NCBI GenBank assembly: GCA_963665095.1
Contig: OY762069.1
Span: 2,304,001-2,368,000, forward strand
Source: an uncultured Desulfobacter sp.
GTDB taxonomy: Bacteria > Desulfobacterota > Desulfobacteria > Desulfobacterales > Desulfobacteraceae
DNA length: 64,000 nucleotides
Direction: 5' to 3'
In this document: piece by piece, positions 28,646-38,879 of the stretch
Numbering within the stretch: position 1 is the stretch's first letter
How the letters are laid out: each line of letters opens with the position of its first letter
Made by a program: the position numbers and the translations under genes
Notes under the pieces: generated by a model
Told to the model about the DNA's origin: nothing
The model's input: only the letters and a program-made list of their open reading frames with translations
Database searches by the model: none

Positions 28646-30405
28646 AAATCCTTGTAGTCGGCAGCGGCGGCCGGGAACATACCCTGGTCTGGAAAATCGC
28701 CAAAAGCCCGTTAGTTGATAAAATATACTGTGCGCCGGGAAATGCCGGCACTGCCGGTCTGGCTGAGAATGTGGCTATCAGTGCTGAAGACATTGATGGT
28801 CTGGCTGCATTTGCCCAAAGCAATCAGGTTGACCTTACTGTGGTGGGGCCTGAAGGGCCTCTTGTGGCAGGCATCGTCGATGTGTTCCAGGCCAAGGGAC
28901 TGGCCGTGTTCGGACCATCCAAGGCAGCTGCACAGCTTGAAGGGTCCAAGGTATTTTCAAAAAATCACATGCAGAAATACGGGATTCCCTGTGCCACGGG
29001 CAAAGCCTTTACAGACGCGGAACAGGCCAAAATTTATGCCAGGGCCATGGGCGCTCCCTGCGTGGTCAAGGCAGACGGGCTTGCTGCGGGCAAGGGCGTC
29101 ATTGTCTGCACCGCCATTGAAGAAGCGGAAGAGGCCATTGACGGCATGCTTAAAAGCAACACCTTTGGGGAAGCCGGTGCCGTGGTGGTGGTAGAAGAGT
29201 GCCTGAAAGGCGAGGAAGCCTCCTTCATTGTTCTCACCGACGGTAACACCGTGCTGGCGTTGCCGGAGTCCCAGGACCACAAACGCATCTTTGACGATGA
29301 CAAAGGTCCCAACACCGGCGGCATGGGGGCGTACTCACCTGCTCCGGTGCTTGATCACCTGCTGCGCACCAAAGCCATGGAAGAGGTGATGATCCCGGCA
29401 GTTAAGGGTATGGCTAAAGAGGGCACGCCCTTTAAAGGGGTGCTTTATGCAGGGCTCATGGTGGACAAGGACAGCATCAAGGTACTGGAGTTCAACACCC
29501 GCCTGGGCGACCCTGAAACCCAGCCCATCCTCATGCGGCTGAAAAACGATCTGGTGCCGTTGATGGAAGCCTGTGCCAACGGCACCCTTCACAACCATAA
29601 AATCAAAATTGACCCGAGAGCGGCCATGTGTGTGGTCATTGCTTCGGGCGGCTATCCCGGCTCATATGAAAAGGGCCATGAGATTACAGGGCTGGATGAG
29701 GCCAACGCAGTTAAAGACACGGTGGTGTTCCATGCCGGGACCGCTTTAGACAACGGTAAAGTGGTGGCGTCCGGTGGACGGGTGCTTGGTATCACTGCCC
29801 TTGGCGACACTGTGGAGGCAGCCATCAACACCGCCTATGAAGCCTGTGGGAAGATCAGCTTTAAAAACTGCTTCATGAGAAAGGATATTGGTGCCAAGGC
29901 CCTGAAACGTATGGCCATCCCACCCCAGGTGGGCGTGATCATGGGATCTGACTCTGATTTTCCCGTGATGAAAAGCGCACTGGCTATGCTCAAAAAATTT
30001 GATATCCCCTACTACGTGACCGTGGCATCCGCCCACAGGACACCTGAAAAAGCATCGCAGCTGGCCACACAGGCCCGGGATCAGGGCATCAAGGTGCTGA
30101 TCTGCGGGGCCGGCCATGCCGCGCACCTAGCAGGTGTGATTGCGGCCCACACCACCCTGCCTGTTTTAGGGGTTCCCATTGACTCCAGCGCACTCCAGGG
30201 CATGGATGCCCTTCTGGCAACGGTACAGATGCCGCCGGGTATTCCGGTCTCCACCATGGCCATTGGCAAGTCCGGAGCACACAACGCAGGGATCACTGCA
30301 GCCCAGATCATCGGGGTGTCTGATCCGGTGGTGGCGGAGAAGCTGGCTGCATTTAAAAAGGAGATGGCAGACAAGGTGGCCCAGAAAGCGGCTTCCTTTG
30401 CCTGA
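28642..30405 (+). CDS. purD: Fused GAR synthetase PurD and AIR carboxylase/mutase PurE
   Basis: [28 protein letters not shown], then [26 protein letters not shown] in a single frame. Confidence 0.95.
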   Translation: MKILVVGSGGREHTLVWKIAKSPLVDKIYCAPGNAGTAGLAENVAISAEDIDGLAAFAQSNQVDLTVVGPEGPLVAGIVDVFQAKGLAVFGPSKAAAQLEGSKVFSKNHMQKYGIPCATGKAFTDAEQAKIYARAMGAPCVVKADGLAAGKGVIVCTAIEEAEEAIDGMLKSNTFGEAGAVVVVEECLKGEEASFIVLTDGNTVLALPESQDHKRIFDDDKGPNTGGMGAYSPAPVLDHLLRTKAMEEVMIPAVKGMAKEGTPFKGVLYAGLMVDKDSIKVLEFNTRLGDPETQPILMRLKNDLVPLMEACANGTLHNHKIKIDPRAAMCVVIASGGYPGSYEKGHEITGLDEANAVKDTVVFHAGTALDNGKVVASGGRVLGITALGDTVEAAINTAYEACGKISFKNCFMRKDIGAKALKRMAIPPQVGVIMGSDSDFPVMKSALAMLKKFDIPYYVTVASAHRTPEKASQLATQARDQGIKVLICGAGHAAHLAGVIAAHTTLPVLGVPIDSSALQGMDALLATVQMPPGIPVSTMAIGKSGAHNAGITAAQIIGVSDPVVAEKLAAFKKEMADKVAQKAASFA

Positions 30406-30438
30406 TCCTGCTGCGTTGTATTTTAAGCCGTTAAAAAA

Positions 30439-31068
30439 ATGACCAGAACCAGCATCATCCGGGTGGACGCACACCATCCGGAGCCTGAAATTATCAACCA
30501 GGCCGCCAATATTCTAAAGCAAGGCGGCCTGGTCATTTTTCCGGCCTCCTGTCTTTACGGGGTGGCAGCCAATGCACTGGCACCTGCTGCTGTTGATAAC
30601 GTCTTTCAACTCAAGCACCGTCCCCGCAACAACCCAATTCTTGTGCTGATCAAAACCATTGATCAGCTTGCTGACCTTGTCGCGTCTGTGCCGCCCCATG
30701 CAAAAATGCTTATGGACCGACTCTGGCCAGGCAGCCTTACCCTGGTATTTAACGCCGCAGACCACGTCTGTCCGGAACTGACTGCCGGCTCCGGCAAAAT
30801 CGGCATCCGTCTGCCCCGTCACCCTGTGGCCCGGGCCCTGGTCAACAGTGTGGACTTTCCTGTCACCGGTACCAGCGCCAACCTCTCCGGCCAGCCGGGA
30901 TGCACCCACATTAACGCCTTAGATCCCGCCATCACGCAAAATATCCATTTAATTCTGGATGCAGGCCCTGTAACCGGAGGAACCGGCTCCACTGTGGTAG
31001 ATGTAACCTGCCATCCTCCAAAAATCCTGCGCAGGGGCGCAGTGCCGGACCGGGATATATTTGCTTAG
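30439..31068 (+). CDS. L-threonylcarbamoyladenylate synthase (TsaC/YrdC/Sua5 family)
   Basis: KHRPRNNP, WPGSLT, TSANLSG, STVVD. Confidence 0.9.
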   Translation: MTRTSIIRVDAHHPEPEIINQAANILKQGGLVIFPASCLYGVAANALAPAAVDNVFQLKHRPRNNPILVLIKTIDQLADLVASVPPHAKMLMDRLWPGSLTLVFNAADHVCPELTAGSGKIGIRLPRHPVARALVNSVDFPVTGTSANLSGQPGCTHINALDPAITQNIHLILDAGPVTGGTGSTVVDVTCHPPKILRRGAVPDRDIFA

Positions 31069-31222
31069 CCCAAACGCCCTTCTCTCCAGCCCATCCTCTG
31101 CCCATATCCTGCACGATCTTAATGGCCAGCCCTAAAAAATCCAATTCAAAAAATAAAGACATTTCACAGAAGACCTGATAAATTCTTAAATAAAGCCGAA
31201 ACACCAACCAAGGAGGCTTAGC

Positions 31223-32452
31223 ATGAAAACCTACAATCCCGAACAGGCACTACTCAGTGCCCGCAGAGAATTTGGAGAACATGGGGGCGTAGCCCCGTCC
31301 ATATCCCGCTCGGCCACGTTCACGGTCATGCATCCCGAAACCATGCCCGAAATTTTCAGCGGACTTAAGGGCCCTGAACAGGGCGGATGTTTTCTTTACA
31401 GCCGCCATTTCAACCCCACAGTTGATGTGTTGTCCAGGTATCTTGCCGCCATGGAAGGCACTGAAGCGGCTGTGTGCACAGCCAGCGGCATGTCCGCCAT
31501 TGCCTGCGCCATTATGCAGATCTGCAAAAGCGGTGACCATATTGTGGCAAGCGAAAGCATCTATGGCGGCACCCATGCGCTTCTTAACTCCCTTCTGCCC
31601 CAGATGAATATTTCCACCACATTTGTGGATATTACGGATGTTGCAGCGGTTCAACATGCCATCTTGTCGGAGACAAAGGTGATTTATACGGAAACCATGG
31701 GCAACCCCACCCTGAGAATTGCCGATATCCCCTCCCTTTCCAAGATTGCCCAAAAAGACAATATCAAGCTGGTTGTGGACAACACCTTTTCACCTTTAAT
31801 TTTCACCCCCAAAATTCTGGGCGCCGATGTGGTGGTATATTCCCTGACCAAATACATTAACGGGGCCAGTGATCTTATTGCCGGGGCCATCTGCGGCGAT
31901 AAATCCTTTATTTTAGACTTAATGGATCTCCATACAGGCCGGGTCATGCTCTTAGGGCCCACCATGGATCCCCGGGTGGCCTTTGACCTGATCCAAAGAA
32001 TTCCCCACCTGCCCATCCGGATGAAGGAACACAGCCGCAGAGGCGCTGCCATGGCCGAAATGCTTAAAGACATGGGCGTAAAAGTCACCTATCCTGGCCT
32101 GCCGGACCATCCCCAGAACAAGCTGGCAGGCCAGATATCCAACGAGAACTACGGCCTTGGCGGTATCCTGGCCATTGACTGCGGATCCCGGGAAAAAGCC
32201 GAGACGCTGATGGATGTGCTCCAGAATGAAGAATCATTTGGTATGATTGCCGTCTCTCTGGGATATTTTGATACCCTGATCAGCTGTTCCGGCTCCTCAA
32301 CCTCTTCGGAAATTGATATTGAGGATCAGCAGAAGATGGGACTGTCCCCGGGCCTGCTCAGAATCGCTCTTGGCTATACAGGCGCTTTGGATACACGACT
32401 TGCACAGATGAAAAGAGCCGTAAAAAAGGTTCTACTGGAAAATGCCGGCTGA
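31223..32452 (+). CDS. PLP-dependent Cys/Met metabolism enzyme, probable methionine gamma-lyase
   Basis: REFGEHGG, YSRHFNPT, SGMSAI, DNTF, SLTKY. Confidence 0.85.
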   Translation: MKTYNPEQALLSARREFGEHGGVAPSISRSATFTVMHPETMPEIFSGLKGPEQGGCFLYSRHFNPTVDVLSRYLAAMEGTEAAVCTASGMSAIACAIMQICKSGDHIVASESIYGGTHALLNSLLPQMNISTTFVDITDVAAVQHAILSETKVIYTETMGNPTLRIADIPSLSKIAQKDNIKLVVDNTFSPLIFTPKILGADVVVYSLTKYINGASDLIAGAICGDKSFILDLMDLHTGRVMLLGPTMDPRVAFDLIQRIPHLPIRMKEHSRRGAAMAEMLKDMGVKVTYPGLPDHPQNKLAGQISNENYGLGGILAIDCGSREKAETLMDVLQNEESFGMIAVSLGYFDTLISCSGSSTSSEIDIEDQQKMGLSPGLLRIALGYTGALDTRLAQMKRAVKKVLLENAG

Positions 32453-32656
32453 TGTTTAACCATGAAAGAGGTCGGGCATTTACAGAATATGATACTTATG
32501 CGTGGTTTGGGATTGTGAAAGCCGAAACCACCTGTTAGGATCTCTTTCCATGGTCTCTGCATGCCTTAGGCCGCAAATCACCCGGCAGCGTGATGCGCCG
32601 TACATACGATTTACAGCCCACTTAATAGGAGTAGGCATGAAAAATTCACAGACAAA

Positions 32657-33886
32657 ATGTCATTGTTTCTAATTACAGCTGTCTCAACCCTTTTTTTGAT
32701 TTACGGCTTTTCCGGGTACCGTATCATCCGGCCTTTGCCGGTGAGTACCAAATGCAAAACCGGTCTGTGGATGTTACTTGCTTCCTGCCTGGCAGCCCTG
32801 ATATTTACCGTCATAGCCCGGCATAGATTTCCCGGTCACTGGGCGTCCCCTTTGCTTCCCTGGATTGCATATACCTGTTTTGGTTTTATGACCCTTATCT
32901 TCCCCGGAATTCTGCTGAAAGACATTGGATTCGGTGCTTATCAGCTTGTCCACCTGCTTGTATCCAGATACCCCTTCTCTGCAAAAAAAGCTGTCCAAAC
33001 GCGCCCCCCAATGGACCCGTCCCGCCGCAGTTTCCTGACCAATGCCGGAAATGCGGCTCTGGTAGGTGCGACAGTGACGTTAACCGGATACGGCATTGGC
33101 CGGGCAGTAAGGGGACCGGATGTCGTCAAGGTGGACATCCCCATATCGAACTTGCCAAAACCGTTCCACGAATTTAAAATCCTACAGATTTCAGATCTGC
33201 ACATCAGCATGACGCTAAAAGAAAAATATGTCCGGACCGTTGTGGACCGGATCTGCCGGGAACAGGCTGACATGATTGTATTCACCGGAGATCTTGCAGA
33301 CGGCCATGCCAAAGATCTGGGCAGGGAGGCCCGGCCCCTTGCAGACCTGGATGCTGAATTCGGCAAATTTTTTGTAACGGGAAACCACGACTATTACTCC
33401 GGGATCGATCAATGGCTGGCCCGGATTAAACATGTGGGCTTCACCCCTCTGATCAACCAGCATTGCCTCATTGAAAAAGGAAGGGCCCGGATAGTGCTGG
33501 CCGGCATAACCGACTACAGAGCAGACCGGATCGTGCCCGGCCATGCATCAGATCCGGGCAAAGCCCTTAAAGCGGCGCCGACATCCGTGCCAAGAATCAT
33601 GCTTGCCCATCAACCCAAAAGCATCTTCCAGACAGAGCGCCACAATGTGGATCTGATGATCTGCGGACACACCCACGGTGGGCAGTATATCCCGTGGAAC
33701 TTTATGGTGCCTGTGGACCAGCCCTATGTACACGGCCTTCACCGGCATAACAGCACACTGGTGTATGTCAACCGGGGAACCGGTTACTGGGGGCCACCCA
33801 TGAGAATCGGCGCCCCGCCCGAGATCACCATACTCAGACTAACTGATGGATCAGCATTATCTTCCGATACTCTTAAAACCGGTTGA
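32657..33886 (+). CDS. Membrane-anchored metallophosphoesterase
   Basis: SDLH, TGD, GNHD, GHTHGGQ, PPEIT; N-terminal TM helices. Confidence 0.9.
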   Translation: MSLFLITAVSTLFLIYGFSGYRIIRPLPVSTKCKTGLWMLLASCLAALIFTVIARHRFPGHWASPLLPWIAYTCFGFMTLIFPGILLKDIGFGAYQLVHLLVSRYPFSAKKAVQTRPPMDPSRRSFLTNAGNAALVGATVTLTGYGIGRAVRGPDVVKVDIPISNLPKPFHEFKILQISDLHISMTLKEKYVRTVVDRICREQADMIVFTGDLADGHAKDLGREARPLADLDAEFGKFFVTGNHDYYSGIDQWLARIKHVGFTPLINQHCLIEKGRARIVLAGITDYRADRIVPGHASDPGKALKAAPTSVPRIMLAHQPKSIFQTERHNVDLMICGHTHGGQYIPWNFMVPVDQPYVHGLHRHNSTLVYVNRGTGYWGPPMRIGAPPEITILRLTDGSALSSDTLKTG

Positions 33887-34193
33887 TCCTGAACTTCAAG
33901 CGTTTTTATCAACTTTGACATAAAAAATCATATCGGCACAGTGGCGCCAGGGAAACCGGGAGACCATAACTTAACCGGATAAGAGCAGTCAGCATGATCT
34001 AAATATAATTAGGACGCCATTGGTCTTTCAGACAGGGGTAAACGCTTGTGTACGACTAAAAACTGTTCATAAAACCGCTTAAACAAAGCCTCGTATAACT
34101 CCTCCCCGATAGTTCAAGATTGACACAGCCTTGCACTTATGGTTGATTACGGCATTTCGGTATTATTTTTTTAAATATGTACGGGAGGAATCT

Positions 34194-36158
34194 ATGCACA
34201 AACCATTTTACACTATTATTTTGGTTGTATTCAGTTTTCTGGCCACATCGGTTATGGCCGCTGACGGTAACCAGGCCGGCACCAGTGTTTATTCACTTGG
34301 TGAAGTCGTTGTTTCCGGCACCAGCGCAGACAAAGAGGTAGCGACCACCATTGAAGTAACCGCCGATGAGATAGAAGCCCAGAATGCCGGCACTCTCGAT
34401 GAAGCACTTGAGCTTCTGCCAGGCGTAGATGTCACCACAGGCGGCAACGGCACCCCCAGAATTAATATTCACGGATTCAAATCCCGGCATGTTATCCTGC
34501 TTTTAAACGGAATCCCCATGAACTCCACCTCGGACGGCCAGTTCAATCCCAGCCTGATTCCCACAGAAAACATTGCTAAAATCAAGCTGTCCTACGGCAC
34601 CCATTCTGTCCTTTACGGTCAGGGAGGGCTTGCCGGTGTGATCAACGTTATCACTAAAAAGGGCTCCAGTGACTTTGGATTTACCTATTCCGCCCAGATG
34701 GACGAACGGGGAAATCACTTAAGCAAGGCTGCCGCATCCGGAGGAGAGGATAAAATTGACTATTTCCTAAGTATAAGCAACTACGACTCCAATGGGTATG
34801 GCCTTTCGGATGACTTCACAGAAACATCTGAAGAAAACGGCGGCTTGCGGGAAAACAGTGATGAGGAACGGTTGAGTTTTTTCGGCAACATTGGTGCCAG
34901 TCTCACCGATGACCTACGCCTGGGCCTGACCCTTTCCCGCACAGACGGAGAATTCGGCGTTCCTTCCAGCGTTATTGATGACAATAACGACGTTTTTGCC
35001 CCCAACGTAAAATACGAAAGAACCGATGATCTTGAAGCATACTCAAGTCAGGTCTCACTGGATTATCATCCCCAGAGCATGTTCGGAATAAGAGCCTGGG
35101 GATTTGTAAACAGCCAGGAAGAAGAGAACAACACCTACAAGGATGAAAATTTTGATGAACTGACCGGATTTACCGAGGATGAAACAGAGATCCAGGGAGG
35201 AACGGTCCAGACAAGTCTTAATTTCGGCACCTATGGAAACACGGTATTTTCCCTTTCAGGCGAAAAGGACCAGTTTTCCTCCAAGGGCGAATCAACCAAC
35301 AGCCGGGGCAGGACAACTGAAATTGATTTAGACCATGAGCTCAAGCTGTACACTGCCGCACTGGAATACAGAATTGCCCTGTTTTCAAAACTTGATATTA
35401 CCGCAGGTGTGAATCGAACCTGGCAAAGCCGGAAGGATGGCGATGATGACAGCAAATCAGGCTACATGGTTGGCGCAGGCTATTCTCTGACAGATACAAC
35501 ACGTTTCCGGGCCTCCTATGCCAGAAAAATCCGGTTTCCCACCATTGGACAATATTATGACAGTAATAAAGGAAACAACACGCTGAATCCTGAACAGTCT
35601 GACAACTATGAGGCCGGCATCACCCAGGCTCTTGGGCTGAACCTAAACCTGGATGCGTCTGTATTTCTTTCCAATATTGAAAACTATATTGAAAAGGATG
35701 AAGGGTCCGGCATTTATGAAAATAATGACGAATACGAGTTCAAAGGAATTGATGTTGTCTTAAGCCGCCCCTTTGCCGGGAAAAAGGGGATCGTCAGCCT
35801 TGGATACTCGCTTTTAAAAACCAAAGACAAATCCCCCGGGACTCTGAAAGACGAACTGCAGTACCGTCCTGAACATAAGCTCACATTGAATACCACATAT
35901 ACCTTTGATTTTGGTTTAACAGCCCATGGGGATATTATGTATGTCAGAGATCAGTATTACTATTCCGACGATGCCACTGAAAAAGGCGAGCTTGGTAACT
36001 ACACCATCGTCAATATCAAACTGGAGCAAAAGGTGTACAAGGAGACGCTGTCCATGTTCATGGGTGTGACCAACCTGCTGGATGAGGACTATGAAGAGTC
36101 CTATGCCCTGCCCCAGGCCGGCAGGACCGGATATGCGGGATTCAAGCTCAAGTTTTAG
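34194..36158 (+). CDS. TonB-dependent outer membrane receptor
   Basis: Signal peptide, EVVVSG TonB box, plug motif SVLYG..GLAGVINVITKK, NLLDEDY, terminal Phe; GGGAGG RBS before ATG 34194. Confidence 0.93.
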   Translation: MHKPFYTIILVVFSFLATSVMAADGNQAGTSVYSLGEVVVSGTSADKEVATTIEVTADEIEAQNAGTLDEALELLPGVDVTTGGNGTPRINIHGFKSRHVILLLNGIPMNSTSDGQFNPSLIPTENIAKIKLSYGTHSVLYGQGGLAGVINVITKKGSSDFGFTYSAQMDERGNHLSKAAASGGEDKIDYFLSISNYDSNGYGLSDDFTETSEENGGLRENSDEERLSFFGNIGASLTDDLRLGLTLSRTDGEFGVPSSVIDDNNDVFAPNVKYERTDDLEAYSSQVSLDYHPQSMFGIRAWGFVNSQEEENNTYKDENFDELTGFTEDETEIQGGTVQTSLNFGTYGNTVFSLSGEKDQFSSKGESTNSRGRTTEIDLDHELKLYTAALEYRIALFSKLDITAGVNRTWQSRKDGDDDSKSGYMVGAGYSLTDTTRFRASYARKIRFPTIGQYYDSNKGNNTLNPEQSDNYEAGITQALGLNLNLDASVFLSNIENYIEKDEGSGIYENNDEYEFKGIDVVLSRPFAGKKGIVSLGYSLLKTKDKSPGTLKDELQYRPEHKLTLNTTYTFDFGLTAHGDIMYVRDQYYYSDDATEKGELGNYTIVNIKLEQKVYKETLSMFMGVTNLLDEDYEESYALPQAGRTGYAGFKLKF

Positions 36159-36206
36159 CCGATTATGCCAGTTACCTGAAACCCGGAAAGATACGGTGAT
36201 ATTGTT

Positions 36207-36950
36207 GTGAACACATTCCTGGTCTGCATTGATGACACAGACATGCCCGGTACAAAGGGAACGGGCTGGCTGGTTCAGGCGCTATGTGAGGAACTCGGAC
36301 AAAAGTACCCGGTCCAAAGTTCCGCTATCAGCCGCCACCAGCTTTACGTACACGAGGATATCCCCTATACCTCGCACAATTCGTCCATGTGTTTTGAGAT
36401 GACTCTTTCAGAAGGCAATCCAAACCCTGTGATTGCTTTCATGGCGCAGTATCTTGAAACCCGATGCGCGCCCGGGTCTGATCCCGGGCTCTGCGTGGCA
36501 GCCCTGGATGAAGCCCTGGACCGTGAGTCCCTGATTGAATTTGGTCTGAATGCAAAAAAAACGGTCTTGAGCAAAGCTGCCGCTTATGATCTTGCCAGGG
36601 AAACCGGTATTCACCTGTCCGAACACGGAGGAACCGGCCAGGGGGTTGTGGGCGCCATAGCAGGCGTGGGGCTGCGACTTTTCGGAAACGACGGCCGTTA
36701 CCGGGGCTGGTTTCACCTAGGTGCGCCCGGAGAGGTTGTAAGCGTGGCCCATCTGTGCCAATATCCATTTATCGATGAGGTGGTCACCCCCAAAGGGGAG
36801 AGCCTTCCTGAGGACACCCTGATGCAGATCGGTTCAGAGCGGACAAAAACCGTGCGCATCCATTCCAGGCAGGTGGTGGTGGCACAGCCAGTGTCGAACG
36901 GCCGCGAATCGTTTCGGACCATTACCAAGCAGGAGGCGAAACAATATTAG
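36207..36950 (+). CDS. Hypothetical protein resembling the TiaS N-terminal kinase domain / methanogenesis marker 11
   Basis: CIDDTD, IPYTSHNS, SDPGLCV, GQGVVGAIAGVG. Confidence 0.7.
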   Translation: MNTFLVCIDDTDMPGTKGTGWLVQALCEELGQKYPVQSSAISRHQLYVHEDIPYTSHNSSMCFEMTLSEGNPNPVIAFMAQYLETRCAPGSDPGLCVAALDEALDRESLIEFGLNAKKTVLSKAAAYDLARETGIHLSEHGGTGQGVVGAIAGVGLRLFGNDGRYRGWFHLGAPGEVVSVAHLCQYPFIDEVVTPKGESLPEDTLMQIGSERTKTVRIHSRQVVVAQPVSNGRESFRTITKQEAKQY

Positions 36951-36954
36951 ACAG

Positions 36955-37962
36955 ATGGACACACTCCCCAGGGTGCGGTTTTATTTTTTTGTTCTTGGAT
37001 CGCCTTTGATCCTGATTTTTGCGTCTCTTTTCCTGGGCAGGTATCCGGTCTTACCTGCCCAGGTTCTGGATATCCTCTTTTCCCCGCTCACCGGGCACAC
37101 GCCAGATACCACCCTTGCCGCCATTGTCCTTTATGTCCGTATGCCACGGCTGATTTTAGGGGCGCTTGTGGGCGGCAGTCTTGCGGTGAGCGGTGCCGCG
37201 TTCCAGGGCCTTTTCCGTAACCCCCTGGTCAGTTCGGGCATGCTTGGCGTCAGTGCCGGAGCCGGCTTTGGTGCGGCCCTCTCCCTGATCCTGTTCGACC
37301 GGTTCTTTTTTGTCTACCCCCTGTCATTCGGATTTGGACTTTTAGCAGTTTTCCTTTGTTTTCTCATCGGCCGGATGACAGCCTCCACCCAGGCCATTAC
37401 CCTGGTCCTGGGCGGCATCATTGTGGGATCTGTTTTTTCCGCTTTGATCTCCTTTATAAAATATGTGGCAGATCCCCTGGATGAGTTGCCTGCCATTGTG
37501 TTCTGGCTTATGGGCAGCCTGTCACGGGCGAATTACCCCCAGATACTGGCTGCCGGCATTCCCATGGCCCTCGGGTGTGCGGGTCTTATGGTGATTCGGT
37601 GGCGGCTCAATGTTCTGGCCATGGGGGACCGGGAAGCCAGAACCCTGGGACTCAATGTCAACGCCCACCGGATTTTCATTATCCTTTGCGCAACCCTGGC
37701 CACGGCAGGGGCGGTCTGCGTGTCAGGCGTCATTGGCTGGATCGGCCTTGTGGTACCCCACATGGGTAGAATGATCACAGGAAACGACAACAAAACCCTG
37801 ATCCCCACAGCCTTTTGCCTGGGCGCCTGTTTTCTGGTGGTTGTGGATGATATCAGCCGCCTGGTCACAGACAGTGAAATGCCTTTGGGAATTCTCACAG
37901 CACTCATTGGCGGCCCCTTTTTCATCTATCTGCTCAAAAAAACCAAAGGCAAGGAGTGGTAG
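36955..37962 (+). CDS. FecCD/BtuC-type ABC permease
   Basis: RMPR, FRNPLV, WLMGSL, GWIGLVVPH, GGPFF. Confidence 0.93.
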   Translation: MDTLPRVRFYFFVLGSPLILIFASLFLGRYPVLPAQVLDILFSPLTGHTPDTTLAAIVLYVRMPRLILGALVGGSLAVSGAAFQGLFRNPLVSSGMLGVSAGAGFGAALSLILFDRFFFVYPLSFGFGLLAVFLCFLIGRMTASTQAITLVLGGIIVGSVFSALISFIKYVADPLDELPAIVFWLMGSLSRANYPQILAAGIPMALGCAGLMVIRWRLNVLAMGDREARTLGLNVNAHRIFIILCATLATAGAVCVSGVIGWIGLVVPHMGRMITGNDNKTLIPTAFCLGACFLVVVDDISRLVTDSEMPLGILTALIGGPFFIYLLKKTKGKEW

Positions 37963-37968
37963 GCGGCC

Positions 37969-38829
37969 ATGACTTCAATTTTAACGCTTGAAAACGGCCG
38001 TTTTTCCTACCCTGGCCACCCGGTTTTTGCAGATGCAAACCTTAAGGTTGCCAAAGGAGAAGTCCTTTGTATTCTTGGTCCTAACGGATGCGGCAAGACC
38101 ACACTCATTGACTGTCTTCTGGGCATTCTTCCCCTTGACCGGGGCCGGGTGCTGGTTGAAACCAACGATATATCCCGGCTTTCCCCGAAACAGATTGCCC
38201 GGCAGATCGCCTATGTTCCCCAGAAACATGACCGCCATTTCTCCTTTTCAGTCATGGATATCCTGGTCATGGGCCGGGCCAGCCATACCTCTTTTTACCA
38301 GTCTCCGGGAAAAGATGATTTTATCCGGGCCAGAGGTATTCTTTCCGAGTTCGGACTGCTGCGCCTCAAAGACCGTGACTATACCAGTTTAAGCGGCGGC
38401 GAAACCCAGATGGTGATGATCATGCGTTCCCTGGTCCAGGACACGCCTTTGATCATCATGGACGAACCCACGGCCCATCTGGATTTCCGATATGAACTGG
38501 TGGTCCTGGAAACCATTGCCCGGCTGGTGAAGCAGGAGCAGCGGACCCTTATCATGGCCACCCACTACCCCAACCATGCTTTTTATCTGGAAAACCAGGG
38601 GATTCCGGTGCAAATGGTCTTCATGGACCAACAGCAGGTCCATCAAAGCCTTCCCCCGTCACTGGCCCTTACAGAAAAAAACATTGAAACCTTTTACCGG
38701 GTAAAGGCTTTGGTAACCAGCCATCCTGTCACGGGGACGGGTCAGGTCAGGCAGATCATTCCCCTTAAAACCCTTGATGGACGGCCTGAATCTGAGGGCC
38801 ACCCGGGCCCAAACCCCATACCGAAATAA
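37969..38829 (+). CDS. ABC transporter ATPase (FecE/BtuD-like)
   Basis: GPNGCGKTT, LSGGE, DEPTAHLD. Confidence 0.93.
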   Translation: MTSILTLENGRFSYPGHPVFADANLKVAKGEVLCILGPNGCGKTTLIDCLLGILPLDRGRVLVETNDISRLSPKQIARQIAYVPQKHDRHFSFSVMDILVMGRASHTSFYQSPGKDDFIRARGILSEFGLLRLKDRDYTSLSGGETQMVMIMRSLVQDTPLIIMDEPTAHLDFRYELVVLETIARLVKQEQRTLIMATHYPNHAFYLENQGIPVQMVFMDQQQVHQSLPPSLALTEKNIETFYRVKALVTSHPVTGTGQVRQIIPLKTLDGRPESEGHPGPNPIPK

Positions 38830-38879
38830 AAACAAAGCGTTAATAACCGAACCATTTCATGAAAACAGGAGCGTATCAG

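Noticed and set aside
31069..31222. SAM riboswitch upstream of the Met lyase
   Set aside because: No S-box core sequence or structure visible
32990..33060. Tat signal (SRRSFL) in the metallophosphoesterase
   Set aside because: Internal, after TM helices; a common feature of this family rather than a novelty
33887..34193. Cobalamin riboswitch upstream of the TonB receptor (AGGGAAACCGG seen)
   Set aside because: The downstream conserved elements (GCCCCCGC-ACTGT, B12 box) were not found
36207..36950. Functional TiaS tRNA-Ile2 modification enzyme
   Set aside because: Too short, lacks the tRNA-binding domains, and bacteria normally use TilS
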